Origin: Candidatus Bathyarchaeota archaeon
GTDB lineage: Archaea; Thermoproteota; Bathyarchaeia; 40CM-2-53-6
Length of the DNA stretch: 64,000 nt
Assembly (NCBI GenBank): GCA_963753065.1
Contig: CAVWAQ010000002.1
Coordinates: forward strand, 535 to 64,534
Reading direction: 5' to 3'
How positions within the stretch are numbered: position 1 is the stretch's first letter; each line of letters starts with the position of its first letter. The position numbers and the translations under genes are program-made. The notes under the pieces are model-generated. The model worked only from the letters and a program-made list of their open reading frames with translations, did no database searches and had not been told where the DNA came from. Positions 34,966 to 44,158 of this stretch are shown here, in pieces.

Positions 34966-35161
34966 GATACTCTCGAAGGGAAAGGCCCTGATCGTTGATG
35001 CTGTGCCAGGAGAGGTCGTCAACGGCACGGAGCTTGAGGTCGTCATTCGCAAGCTGGATGACGAGGGCAGGAACGGCCTGATTATCTACGGACCCGCTTA
35101 CAGGCCCGCCTTCAGGACCACCATCAACAACAGCGAGAACAAGAGTGAAAGCAAAGCGTAG
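34637..35161 (+). CDS. DUF35 OB-fold/zinc-ribbon protein (partner of archaeal thiolase/HMG-CoA synthase)
   Basis: There is a rubredoxin-like C-x2-C...C-x4-C (CHGCERVFYPARDRCLEWDC) followed by an OB-fold-like region. The N-terminal ~35 aa (TPTVEQYLTRRREIKLETYQDHL) look like the normal C-terminal tail of HMG-CoA synthase. Confidence 0.8.
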   Translation: MAATPTVEQYLTRRREIKLETYQDHLRQKLRIVRRRISHPRIIGEIEALDGGHITATLCHGCERVFYPARDRCLEWDCKGPVEQRQFPVSAKLVSFRKLPIQRRLTSNFEILSKGKALIVDAVPGEVVNGTELEVVIRKLDDEGRNGLIIYGPAYRPAFRTTINNSENKSESKA

Positions 35162-35227
35162 CACGCTTACGTGGTATAGAGGCCCGCGTGGCAGCTAGCT
35201 CGCTGGGTCGTTGAGGGGGAGTCGATC

Positions 35228-36214
35228 ATGCTCGTCTCAGGAGTCGATGGCGGCGCCACCAAGACCGTTGCCGTCGTCGGAAGGCTTGATGGCACGCTGC
35301 TTGCTTCCGCTCGTGCTCCGTCTTCGAACTACCACAACATTGGCGTCCGGAAGGCCGCGAAAGCGATTCGCACAAGCGTCAACTCTGCCTGCAGACAGGC
35401 ACACGCACCAGCCAGCAACCTTGAGACAGTCGTGATGGGACTTGCAGGAATGGATTCCCCACGGGACTTCCGGTCAGGACAAAGAGTTGCCGATCTTGCA
35501 GATCTCGGGAAACAAAGATTTGTCGTACACGACTCGGTCATCGCTATCTACGCCGCCACCCTCGGCAGACCAGGGATCGTGGTAAATGCAGGCACAGGAT
35601 CCTTCGCCGCAGGAATCGGTGTAGACGGAAAAACGATTCGAGCAGGCGGCTGGGGCAACATCATCGACGACGAAGGAAGCGCATACCACATCGGCAAGCT
35701 CGGAATAAGAGCAGCCCTGCGCGCTCTGGACGGGGCAGATAGGGAGACAGCGATCGCGAGGCTTCTGGTTCGCAAGTTCAAGCTTCACGCTCTTGAGGAC
35801 ATAGTGTACGAAGTGCACAATAGACCCATGACTGTGGAGGAGATCTCCTTGATCTCCAAACTAGTCGCGCAAGCCGCCGTGAAGGGCGACGAGGCGGCCC
35901 GTAGTATTTTCGTGTATGAAGCGCGAGCTCTAGCGAGCCTCGTGTCCACGATCGCACGACGCCTCGACATGTCGAAGAGCAAGCCCGACATCTATTGTAC
36001 GGGAGGAGTCTTCAACGCAGGTCCAATGCTCTTGAACCCCTTCAGGCAAGAGCTCCGCAGAAATGTCCCGCGCTTCGTTCTCCGGCATCCGAGATTCGAA
36101 CCGTGCATCGGAGCCTTCATTCTCGCGCTCAAAGAACACAACGTGAAGATGCAAGGAGTCACCTTGGCAAATCTTGAATCTTCGTACGCTCGGCATGTAG
36201 TCAAGATGCGATGA
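35228..36214 (+). CDS. BadF/BadG/BcrA/BcrD-type ATPase (N-acetylglucosamine/glucosamine kinase-like)
   Basis: The sugar-kinase/ASKHA motifs are MLVSGVDGGATKT, NAGTGSFAAG, GGWGNIIDDEGSAYHIG and CTGGV. Confidence 0.75.
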   Translation: MLVSGVDGGATKTVAVVGRLDGTLLASARAPSSNYHNIGVRKAAKAIRTSVNSACRQAHAPASNLETVVMGLAGMDSPRDFRSGQRVADLADLGKQRFVVHDSVIAIYAATLGRPGIVVNAGTGSFAAGIGVDGKTIRAGGWGNIIDDEGSAYHIGKLGIRAALRALDGADRETAIARLLVRKFKLHALEDIVYEVHNRPMTVEEISLISKLVAQAAVKGDEAARSIFVYEARALASLVSTIARRLDMSKSKPDIYCTGGVFNAGPMLLNPFRQELRRNVPRFVLRHPRFEPCIGAFILALKEHNVKMQGVTLANLESSYARHVVKMR

Positions 36215-36279
36215 ATCGTCTGCCGGCGTAATGTCGTATATATCTCGCGGTCCCTCAGTGTCCGGGACGTGGGCTAGGC

Positions 36280-37359
36280 GTGCAGAAGGATCAGGGCTTC
36301 CATCACATGTTGCGGGAGATTCTAGAGGAGCCCACAGCCCTTCGCGAGACGCTTGCAAGCGTCGGAAGCAGCTGCAAGAAGATTGCGTCGGAACTGGCGA
36401 GAGAGAAGATGGGCCTAATCTACTTCTCGGGAAGTGGCACGAGCTATCACGCCGCGCTCGCGAGCCAGTATCTGATGTCGTCATCGAGTATCGTGCCATG
36501 CAACTCGATTCCCGCCTCTGAATTCGACGCTTGGGTCCGTGCGCCCCCAAGCACCGGGAATATTCTCATCGCGATATCGCAATCGGGGGAAAGTGTGGAC
36601 GTCCTATCTGCGGTGAAGACTGCAAAGAAGCGGGGAATCCGGTCAGTCGCGGTAACGAACGGATCCTCAAGCTCACTTGCTAAGGCCGCGGATTTCGCAG
36701 TACTGACTAAGGCCGGTCCGGAAAAGGCGGTCACAGCCACGAAGACGTTTGTTTGCTGTCTCGCCGCGAGCCTTCTTCTGGACTTCGAGCTGATGGAGGC
36801 CTCTGAATCCTATCTTGGCACCGACGCAGAGCTTCTGGTTCTTCGTCAGGAATTGGAGAATTCTCCTCAGGCAGTGCAAGAGACGATCAGGTTATGCACT
36901 GATCAAGCTAAAGTCACGGCGAACGCTTTCCGGGAGAAATCCCTCTTCTTCCTGCTAGGGAGAGGTGCCAACTATGTTACCGCTCTCGAAGGGGCATTGA
37001 AACTGAAGGAGTCATGCAACGTGATGGCCGAAGGGCACGCCGCCAGAGAATTCCTGCACGGCCCGATGCAGCTCGTGGATGAGAGCACACCTGTCGTAGC
37101 GATCTCCACGAAGAACGATCTTGAATCTCTCGAGCCGCTTTTGGAGAGTTTCAAGCGGTTAGGTGCGCCTATCTTGTGCGTAGTTGAGCTCGATGTCGCA
37201 AGGAGTAAAGAAGGCCAGTTGATGGTCGCGGGAGGTCTGTCTGAACCGCTAAGTCCGCTTGCATTTATAGTTCCGATTCAGCTATTTGCCTACTACAGCG
37301 CGGTCTCCAGAGGGCTCAACCCGGACAAACCCACGAAATTGACTAAGGTGGTAAGATAG
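36280..37359 (+). CDS. Tandem SIS-domain protein (GlmS isomerase-domain-like; candidate glucosamine-6-phosphate deaminase/isomerase)
   Basis: There are two SIS motifs (FSGSGTSYHAAL..ISQSGESVD; LGRGANYVTALEGALKLKE) and no N-terminal glutaminase domain. The start is GTG. Confidence 0.75.
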   Translation: MQKDQGFHHMLREILEEPTALRETLASVGSSCKKIASELAREKMGLIYFSGSGTSYHAALASQYLMSSSSIVPCNSIPASEFDAWVRAPPSTGNILIAISQSGESVDVLSAVKTAKKRGIRSVAVTNGSSSSLAKAADFAVLTKAGPEKAVTATKTFVCCLAASLLLDFELMEASESYLGTDAELLVLRQELENSPQAVQETIRLCTDQAKVTANAFREKSLFFLLGRGANYVTALEGALKLKESCNVMAEGHAAREFLHGPMQLVDESTPVVAISTKNDLESLEPLLESFKRLGAPILCVVELDVARSKEGQLMVAGGLSEPLSPLAFIVPIQLFAYYSAVSRGLNPDKPTKLTKVVR

Positions 37360-37360
37360 C

Positions 37361-38056
37361 TTGAAAATTGAATCTCTACTATTTTCGATAGATGACGTGC
37401 TATATGATACGTCCCAACAGCTGAGCGCTTCCAGAATGAGCGCTGTAATGGCGATGAAATCAGCCGGACTGCCCATCGACGTTGAAACAGCCTATCGGAA
37501 GCTGGATGAGATCGCTAAGGAGAGAGGCCCGGACGACACAAGACACTTCGACACGTTGCTGGAACGTCTAGGCCTCAAATGGAGCCCCGAGGTCATAGCA
37601 GCAGGCGTAGTCGCTTACCGTGCGACGAGCCCTATCTACCTGACGCCGTTCCCTGACACCGCCCCCACGCTCCTGAAACTCAGAGATGCTGGATACAAGC
37701 TCGGTGTCGCCTCGAAGGGCCGAGCCGTGAAGCAGTGGCAGAAATTGATCCAGCTTGGCTTGGAGTACGTGTTCCACGCCGTCACCATTTCCGAAGAGAC
37801 AGGATCCGAGAAACTCACCACGGACACACTATCTAGGACACTCGAGAGACTGGGCAACGTGAAGCCTGAACGGTCGCTCTTCGTAGGTTCCGACTTGGCG
37901 AATGAAATCGCACTTGCAAATGCGGCCAAGATGATCACCGTAAGGATCAAGACTGGAGCGCATCGAACAAGCACACCCAAAACTGCCGAAGAGAAACCGG
38001 CGTTTGAGATAAACAGACTGTCAGACATGTTCGAGATCCTACGGACGAGCACCTAG
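37361..38056 (+). CDS. HAD-superfamily hydrolase (phosphatase)
   Basis: The TTG start gives motif I as SIDDVLYDT, a degenerate DxDx(T/V). Other motifs are VASKG and VGSDLANE. Confidence 0.7.
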   Translation: MKIESLLFSIDDVLYDTSQQLSASRMSAVMAMKSAGLPIDVETAYRKLDEIAKERGPDDTRHFDTLLERLGLKWSPEVIAAGVVAYRATSPIYLTPFPDTAPTLLKLRDAGYKLGVASKGRAVKQWQKLIQLGLEYVFHAVTISEETGSEKLTTDTLSRTLERLGNVKPERSLFVGSDLANEIALANAAKMITVRIKTGAHRTSTPKTAEEKPAFEINRLSDMFEILRTST

Positions 38057-38419
38057 GATCGCAAGTTCGCTCCAACCGAGACTGATTGAGCTCGGGCTTA
38101 AGCACATATCCGTGTCGTCACCATACCAGTAGAGGCCGGGTCGGAAATCTTCAACACGGAGGCCGTTTCCAAGATGGCGCGCTCCTTGGAAAGGCGCGGC
38201 GTAGGTAGGTGCCTTCGTTTTGGTGTTGAGAAAGAAGGGCGTAGTGATGCGCGGGCTCACGGTGGCGAATCTTCAGGCCTCATGCGCGTAATCTGAAGGG
38301 CATATGCAGTAGATGGCGTGTCAGTTTCATCGCACATGTCTCGTCCCCTTCGTGTCCGCAAAGGCGACGAGGTAAGACTTAAGATTCCGTAATACTCCTG
38401 CCTGTGTAAGGGATGGAAT

Positions 38420-38650
38420 GTGACATACTCCAAAGTCACGAAGAAGGGCCAGGTAACCATACCGTCGTTTCTTAGAGAAGAGCATGGGTTCCAGGAGGGG
38501 GTCATTGTGGCTTTCAAGAACACGCGAGAAGGCGTCATGATAGAACCAGTGCGGGACATCGTCCAATCAGCGGGAGCTCTTTCCAAGTACGACAAAGCTG
38601 ACGAAGTGATTCGTGACCTACTTCGCGCGCGTGAACGGGAATTCAGGTAG
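38420..38650 (+). CDS. AbrB/SpoVT/MazE-type antitoxin
   Basis: KVTKKGQVTIPSFLREEHGFQEGVIVAF is the swapped-hairpin AbrB-like signature. Confidence 0.8.
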   Translation: MTYSKVTKKGQVTIPSFLREEHGFQEGVIVAFKNTREGVMIEPVRDIVQSAGALSKYDKADEVIRDLLRAREREFR

Positions 38651-38660
38651 CGCAGGCAAG

Positions 38661-39083
38661 ATGATTCTGGTCCTCGACACCACCTTCCTCATACTGCATT
38701 ACTTCTCAGATGACGAGGCAGTCTTAGCGAAGACACGCGAAGGGCTTAAAGTCTCTAGAAAACTCGGAAACAAAGGGATCCTGCCCACTATCGTTCTGGC
38801 AGAGTTCTACGCACAGACTTACAAGAGGACCGGCAGAGACGTTGCGGACAAGTACTTCAGAGAGGTTGTGAACTCAGGCCTTGACATTGCTTCGTTAACT
38901 CAAGACGTATCGTACCAAGCCGGGTTGCTAAGGGCGAAATATCAAGAGAAGGTGCCGTGGGGGGACTGCATCGTCGCCGCAACAGCTCTACTGAACAAGG
39001 CCAAGTTCGTCGTGACTGAAGATCTGCACTTCGCGGAGATCCGTGAGATAGAAGTGAGAAAAGCGTCCCAACTGCACCCGTAG
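38661..39083 (+). CDS. vapC: PIN-domain toxin (VapC-like)
   Basis: The PIN acidic residues are MILVLDTTFLI (first Asp), LAEFY, and GDCIVAATAL...VTEDLHF. The internal ATG at 38661 follows the antitoxin stop. Confidence 0.8.
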   Translation: MILVLDTTFLILHYFSDDEAVLAKTREGLKVSRKLGNKGILPTIVLAEFYAQTYKRTGRDVADKYFREVVNSGLDIASLTQDVSYQAGLLRAKYQEKVPWGDCIVAATALLNKAKFVVTEDLHFAEIREIEVRKASQLHP

Positions 39084-39109
39084 ACTCGGCGTGTGATCGA
39101 AGTCTGATC

Positions 39110-39260
39110 AAGGAAGTCGCTTAGCCGCTCGGCATTGGCAGAAACTGATTACTGATCCAACTGGGACTGGAGCGCATCGAACGAGCACACCGAAAGTCGT
39201 CGATGAAGAACCGGCGTTCGAGATAAGCAGACTCAGATACAGTCGAGATTGTCGGGCGGC
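39110..39260 (+). pseudogene. Internally deleted fragment of the HAD gene at 37361-38056
   Basis: GGCATTGGCAGAAACTGAT...ACTGGAGCGCATCGAACGAGCACACCGAAAGTCGTCGATGAAGAACCGGCGTTCGAGATAAGCAGACTC parallels 37731-37752 and 37949-38020 of the intact gene. Confidence 0.55.
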
Positions 39261-39440
39261 CCCACTGAGCTCATGCTCGCACCAGAGTACGCATGAAGCG
39301 AAGACCACCATCCTGTCTCCGATTCTCCGTTGAGAACCGTGTTACTCGCTTGTAACGATGTGCTGAACGAAACGCTAAATACGCTTGGTCCAACCGGTAA
39401 AGCTTCTCACTTCGACAGCCATAGGCAGCCGAGTATTTGC

Positions 39441-41916
39441 GTGAAAGACTTGCCTGGTAAGCGCCAACGTAGAGCCCCTTCATACATAGCGTTCTTGCTT
39501 CTTCTCCTACTCGCTCTTGTATTCTTCCCGGTCCACGTTCTCGGCAGCCAAGGAGCACTACCTGATTCGCAAATGGCAGCTCCGCTCCAAGCTGATGCTC
39601 AAACGATTGAACAGGCAACTCAGGCTTGCTTGACACCGTCCCCAGCTGACTATGCCACCGTTCAGATACGAGCTGCCAGCGCCAACGGCACGATAAGTGG
39701 TCATGTCATCCCAGATGTTGTAACGAGGAAGGCTGTGCAGAAGGGGAGGATGCCCCGCGATTTCATGTTCCACATCGAACTTGTGTTCAAGTTGAGAAAT
39801 CCGGATCAGTTCTCAAAGTGTCTAGCATCAATAAGCGACCCCTCTTCCCCCGACTATGGCCATTTTCTCAATGCGACCACGCTGGCGCCCTACATGCCTA
39901 CTCCCGGACAAAGAGCATCGATCATGTCGCATCTTTCTAGAATGGGACTCGACGTGACCGAAGGCGCTTCGCCCTTGGTTCTGAAACTCTCGGGGACCGT
40001 GAAAGCGATCGAGAAGGCCTTTGGAGTGACGATGAATCTATACGCAGAAAAGGCGAACGCGGGCTTCTACGCAACGGACTCAGACCCCATGATGCCACAG
40101 AACTTCGCATCTATGGTGAACGGGATCATGGGCCTAGACAATTCCACGCGCCCCATACCCGCGGAGCATCCCTGCTCTGGCCCCTACTGTCCCCAAGGAA
40201 TCCAAGTGGGATACTCGCTCTCCAGTCTCTTCGGAAATGGGTATGATGGAACAGGACAAAAAGTGGCAATAGTCGATGTTCCTGGCGACTCCAACATAAC
40301 GAGCACAATCAACACATACAGCACGATGTACGGCTTACCTTCAACCACGTTGGATATCCGCTATCCCGACGGACTACCTTCATCATATGACTCGAGCTGG
40401 GCTGTTGAGACGGCATTGGATGTTGAAGCAGTCCATGCCGTTGTTCCGAAGGCTGCGATCGTGTTGTTGTACGATTACGACCCAATGAACGCCATAGGCT
40501 ATGTGGCTGCCAAGCATCTTGCTACTATCGTTTCCAACAGCTGGAGATACGTTTGCGCGTCTAGCGTGCCTTGTAGCGACACTCAGCTTCCCTCATCATT
40601 CGTTGACTCCGTGCACAGTCTACTGGCCACTTATGCGGCGCAAGGGCTCACGATACTTTTCGCGTCAGGCGATGAAGGTGCAACGCCCGACGGCACCACT
40701 TATGGCACGGAGTTTCCCGCATCGGACCCGAATGTGCTGGCCGTTGGTGGGACTAACCTTGCCCTGTCTGGCTGTGGCTACTACACATGTTCTGGCTACG
40801 CTAGTGAGACGGGGGCCTCGATAAGCGGGGGAGGATACAGCGGGAACTTCGCAGAACCTTCGTGGCAGGCATCGACAATCGGTGCAAGGTCGGGGCGAGC
40901 GGTTCCGGATATCTCGATGATTGGTCAAAGCCCATACTTCTGGACCTACCTAACTGGTTCCGGGTGGTTCGGCGCGTACGGGACCAGCCTCTCCACCCCC
41001 CTATGGGCAGGGTTTCTGGCGATTGTTCTGCAGATGAAAGGAGGCAGCCCATTCGGTAACATCGATCCGTTACTCTACCAAACCGCCAGCAGCCCCTTGT
41101 ACTCGTCAATCTTCCATGATGTGACATCGGGATCAAATGGCTACTCCGCTGTGATCGGGATGGGATCCGGTTACGGGCTGGGGCACCCCGGTAGCGAGCC
41201 TTCTCGCGCCTGCGCTCGCAGGGCTCATAGTCACTTCAACTCTTACGTCTACATCGGCGTAACCTCGGCATCCTACTTGTCGCTGACGACAACAAGGACG
41301 ACACAAGCTACACTAGCACGGCCACGTCCACAAGCACGGTCCCCGCCGTCACTACTGTGGTCTTGCTTCCGTTAGTCATCACTTCAATTGTGCAGAGCAT
41401 CCAGTATCTAACTTCAATTCTCAGCACGACAGTTACGAGTTACACTGGCACTCAGGCTTCGACGAGTACGATCGTGGTTCCGACAACTGTTGTATTGGTT
41501 CCGTCTACACGACCTCAACCGCCCAAAGCACCCAATATCTAACCTCTACAACTGCGACTACGGTGACTGACTACACTGGCACGGAGACTCGACGAGCACA
41601 ATATTGGTGTCCAACAACGTTGTCTTGGTCCCGTTGACCGCGACCTCAACGGAACAGAAGTACACAGTATCTGACCTCAACTTCCACAACAACAGTGACT
41701 AACTACACAGACACGTCGACCTCCACAAGCACGAGCGTAGTCTACACAACCGTAACCGTGAGTCAAGGAGGAGCAGGAACTAACGCATCGAGTCCATTGG
41801 CCTATCTTGGCTTCATGTCAGTACTCGCTATCATGGCTAGCCACGGGGTCACCGCCGGCAGAAGTCGGAGGCGCCTACAAGATCGTCATCTTGCGAACAT
41901 CACCAAGGGTATCTGA
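39441..41916 (+). pseudogene. Secreted S53 (sedolisin/kumamolisin-like) peptidase with a Ser/Thr-rich repeat stalk and C-terminal anchor, broken by several frameshifts after about 41157
   Basis: A GTG at 39441 gives the signal peptide. Pro-kumamolisin activation-domain-like sequence is SDPSSPDYGHFLN...VKAIEKAFGVTMNLY. Catalytic-type motifs are ALDVEAVHA, FASGDEG and AYGTSLSTPLWAG. After GYSAVI the expected GWDPVTGWGTPVASLLAP is in the +2 frame (extra G in GGG at 41157-41159). The repeat stalk and anchor (ORFs 41357-41542 and 41695-41916) are in further frames. Confidence 0.7.
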
Positions 41917-42115
41917 GGGATGAGAGAACCAGCAGCTCCTCTAGAATCCCGATGGATTTGACAAAGCGGCACTGCGAAGCGACGGATTCGTCGGTAGGGT
42001 TCTCATCTCACCCTTCCTATCATTGCTGGGGCAAGTGCCCCCCCTTCACGTACTATTGTCTTGGCGCGCCTCTGATGTGAGCAGCGGAACGTGACCGGAA
42101 GCCTGTCGTCGCACG

Positions 42116-42520
42116 CTAGCGTTTCCCGCTGTGTAACACCACGTAGTGAGGCACATACAGTACCGTGACGTTGGCTGTCAGAATCGCATAGACTCTGTCT
42201 GGAGGGCCAAAACCCCCCATTATCTTGATCAAGAAAACATACGTATGCCCGGAGAACGGCATCAGCAGCAGATTCTTCCCCGGCTCGGGCCCCAACCAGC
42301 TGATGCTCAGACTCGGACCAATTAGGGATGGATAGAACTGCAAATCTACTATGTCGATTGCGATGGGCCATGGTCCACGGTTCTGCAATTCTAGCGTGAA
42401 ACATGCTGAATCACTGGGACAGTCGCTGTTCGTGCTTGGGTTGACAGCCAACGTGAGAACGTGTTCAGGGCTTCCTAGAAAGATCGGGGAAACTGCCCAT
42501 AGAAGTACTGCGCAGGACAA
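42116..42520 (-). CDS. Small secreted protein (hypothetical)
   Basis: The 134-aa ORF has a signal-like N-terminus (MSCAVLLWAVSPIFLG). Confidence 0.35.
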   Translation of the reverse strand: MSCAVLLWAVSPIFLGSPEHVLTLAVNPSTNSDCPSDSACFTLELQNRGPWPIAIDIVDLQFYPSLIGPSLSISWLGPEPGKNLLLMPFSGHTYVFLIKIMGGFGPPDRVYAILTANVTVLYVPHYVVLHSGKR

Positions 42521-42964
42521 TTATGAGGCCGACCACAGCTCTCTTCACAGTTGTCACACCTAGCGCATCGACGATACGTCCTCTGTCGCCTTCCCAGTAA
42601 TAGATGTATGCAGCTCTTCTGGCAGCATGCTAAGAGGGAAACATGGCCGCGTGTGCGGACCATTAGGCAGGCGCTGGAGAACTCCCGAAAAAAGAGGAGA
42701 CCAAGGAACACTCACGAAGCGAAAGAGTACCCGGGGAGAAGGTGGCCCACCGCCAGTAGCAGACCACCAACGCAACGGGCGGAATGACGAGACATTTCAT
42801 CCAACGCAGACAAGGCAGGCCAGACACGCAGACACAGCACACGAAAAGATCCCCCGAGAATTCCAGCACACGAGACCCCCCAAGATCATAGAACGTCGTT
42901 CGATACATACCAAGGTTTATCTGGGACTTCCATCAGTCCTCGACTAAGAGGGCATCGAGTATAA

Positions 42965-44158
42965 GTGATCCGTGCGAGGGCGGCGCTGAGCAGCCTCTGC
43001 TTCTTGATTGGTCTATTGATCGCGCTCAGCACGCTTAGTTTCCCCGTATACGCTGGCCTCCCAGATCTCACGGTTGACAGTATATGGCTTGAGAGAGCCT
43101 CAGCTCCTGGCGTGCCGGTGACAGGAACCGACTTGGCTCTTAACGAGTCATTCAACATAGTTGCAAGTATCAAGAACATAGGAAAAGAGGCTGCCAACGG
43201 GTACTATCTGGACGTGTACTATGACAGTAACTACGGTCGCGGCGGGCCGGACAACATTACAGCAGGCGAGGTCCAGCAATGGTATGTCGGGCCACTCACC
43301 GCCACGGCTGGCACACATAACACGACATGGGTCGTGGACCCTGACAATCAGATCACGGAACTGAACGAACAGAACAACGTGAAACAGTACACGTTCACCA
43401 TCGGATCCTCGCCAACACAGACAACGACCAATTCCACATCTGTCCCTGAGACAAACACCACATCCACGGCCACGGTTTCGGTAACAGTCATACAGAATTC
43501 GACTTCATACTCATATGGGGACACGACAACGACAGTTACGAGTTACAGCACGTCCACCTCCACAAGTACGATTCCGACTGTCACAACTGTCATCTTGGTC
43601 CCGTTGACGGTAGCCTCGACTGTCCAGAGCACTCAACTTCTGAATTCCACTCTCACAACGACGGTGACCAGTTACACAGGCACCTCGACGAGTACGATCC
43701 CGACTGTCACAACCGTTGTCTTGCTTCCGTCTACGGCGACCTTAGCCGTCCAAAACACTCAATATGTAACGTCAGTTCTCACAACGACGGTGACCAGTTA
43801 CACTGGTACGCAGGCTTTGACGAGCACAGTGATGGTTCCAACGACCGTCACCCTAGCTCCGTTGGCCACAACTTCATCAGTCCAAGCAAGGCAGGTTCAA
43901 ACGTCGACTGGTACCACAACGGTGACCAAATATACGACCGTGACGACAGTTGTCTACACGGGGACGTTGACTTCGACAAGTACGAGGGTGGTCTACACTA
44001 CAGCAACCAGTCTAGCTAGCGCTGGTGTATCGAGCCCCTTGGCCTACCTTGGGCTCATATCGCTGCTTGCTTTCACGTTTGGTAGGGTCATTGTTGGGAA
44101 AGGTTTGAAGATCCCGAAAGTGCGATCGTGGATGGGGAAGAGGTGTTCGGGTAATTGA
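42965..44158 (+). CDS. Surface protein: CARDB-like domain, Ser/Thr-rich tandem-repeat stalk and C-terminal anchor
   Basis: There is a signal peptide and CARDB-like sequence (LPDLTVDSIWLE...NIVASIKNIGKEAANGYYLDVYYD...NEQNNV). About 3.5 repeats of roughly 42 aa follow. The C-terminus is SSPLAYLGLISLLAFTFGRVIVGKGLK. Confidence 0.75.
   Translation: MIRARAALSSLCFLIGLLIALSTLSFPVYAGLPDLTVDSIWLERASAPGVPVTGTDLALNESFNIVASIKNIGKEAANGYYLDVYYDSNYGRGGPDNITAGEVQQWYVGPLTATAGTHNTTWVVDPDNQITELNEQNNVKQYTFTIGSSPTQTTTNSTSVPETNTTSTATVSVTVIQNSTSYSYGDTTTTVTSYSTSTSTSTIPTVTTVILVPLTVASTVQSTQLLNSTLTTTVTSYTGTSTSTIPTVTTVVLLPSTATLAVQNTQYVTSVLTTTVTSYTGTQALTSTVMVPTTVTLAPLATTSSVQARQVQTSTGTTTVTKYTTVTTVVYTGTLTSTSTRVVYTTATSLASAGVSSPLAYLGLISLLAFTFGRVIVGKGLKIPKVRSWMGKRCSGN
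43524..43990 (+). repeat. Tandem coding repeats of 126-135 bp (Thr/Ser-rich stalk)
   Basis: Units start near 43524, 43655, 43781 and 43916 (ACAACGAC[AG]GT[GT]AC[CG]AGTTAC...). Decayed copies of the same unit occur at about 41290-41760. Confidence 0.7.

Noticed and set aside
42520-42965. Several overlapping basic-rich ORFs (42551-42787, 42627-42947, 42560-42775, 42663-42908) lie in the gap before the CARDB gene.
   Set aside because: They are mutually overlapping on both strands with biased Arg/Pro/Thr composition and no start context. The region is more likely noncoding or decayed sequence.
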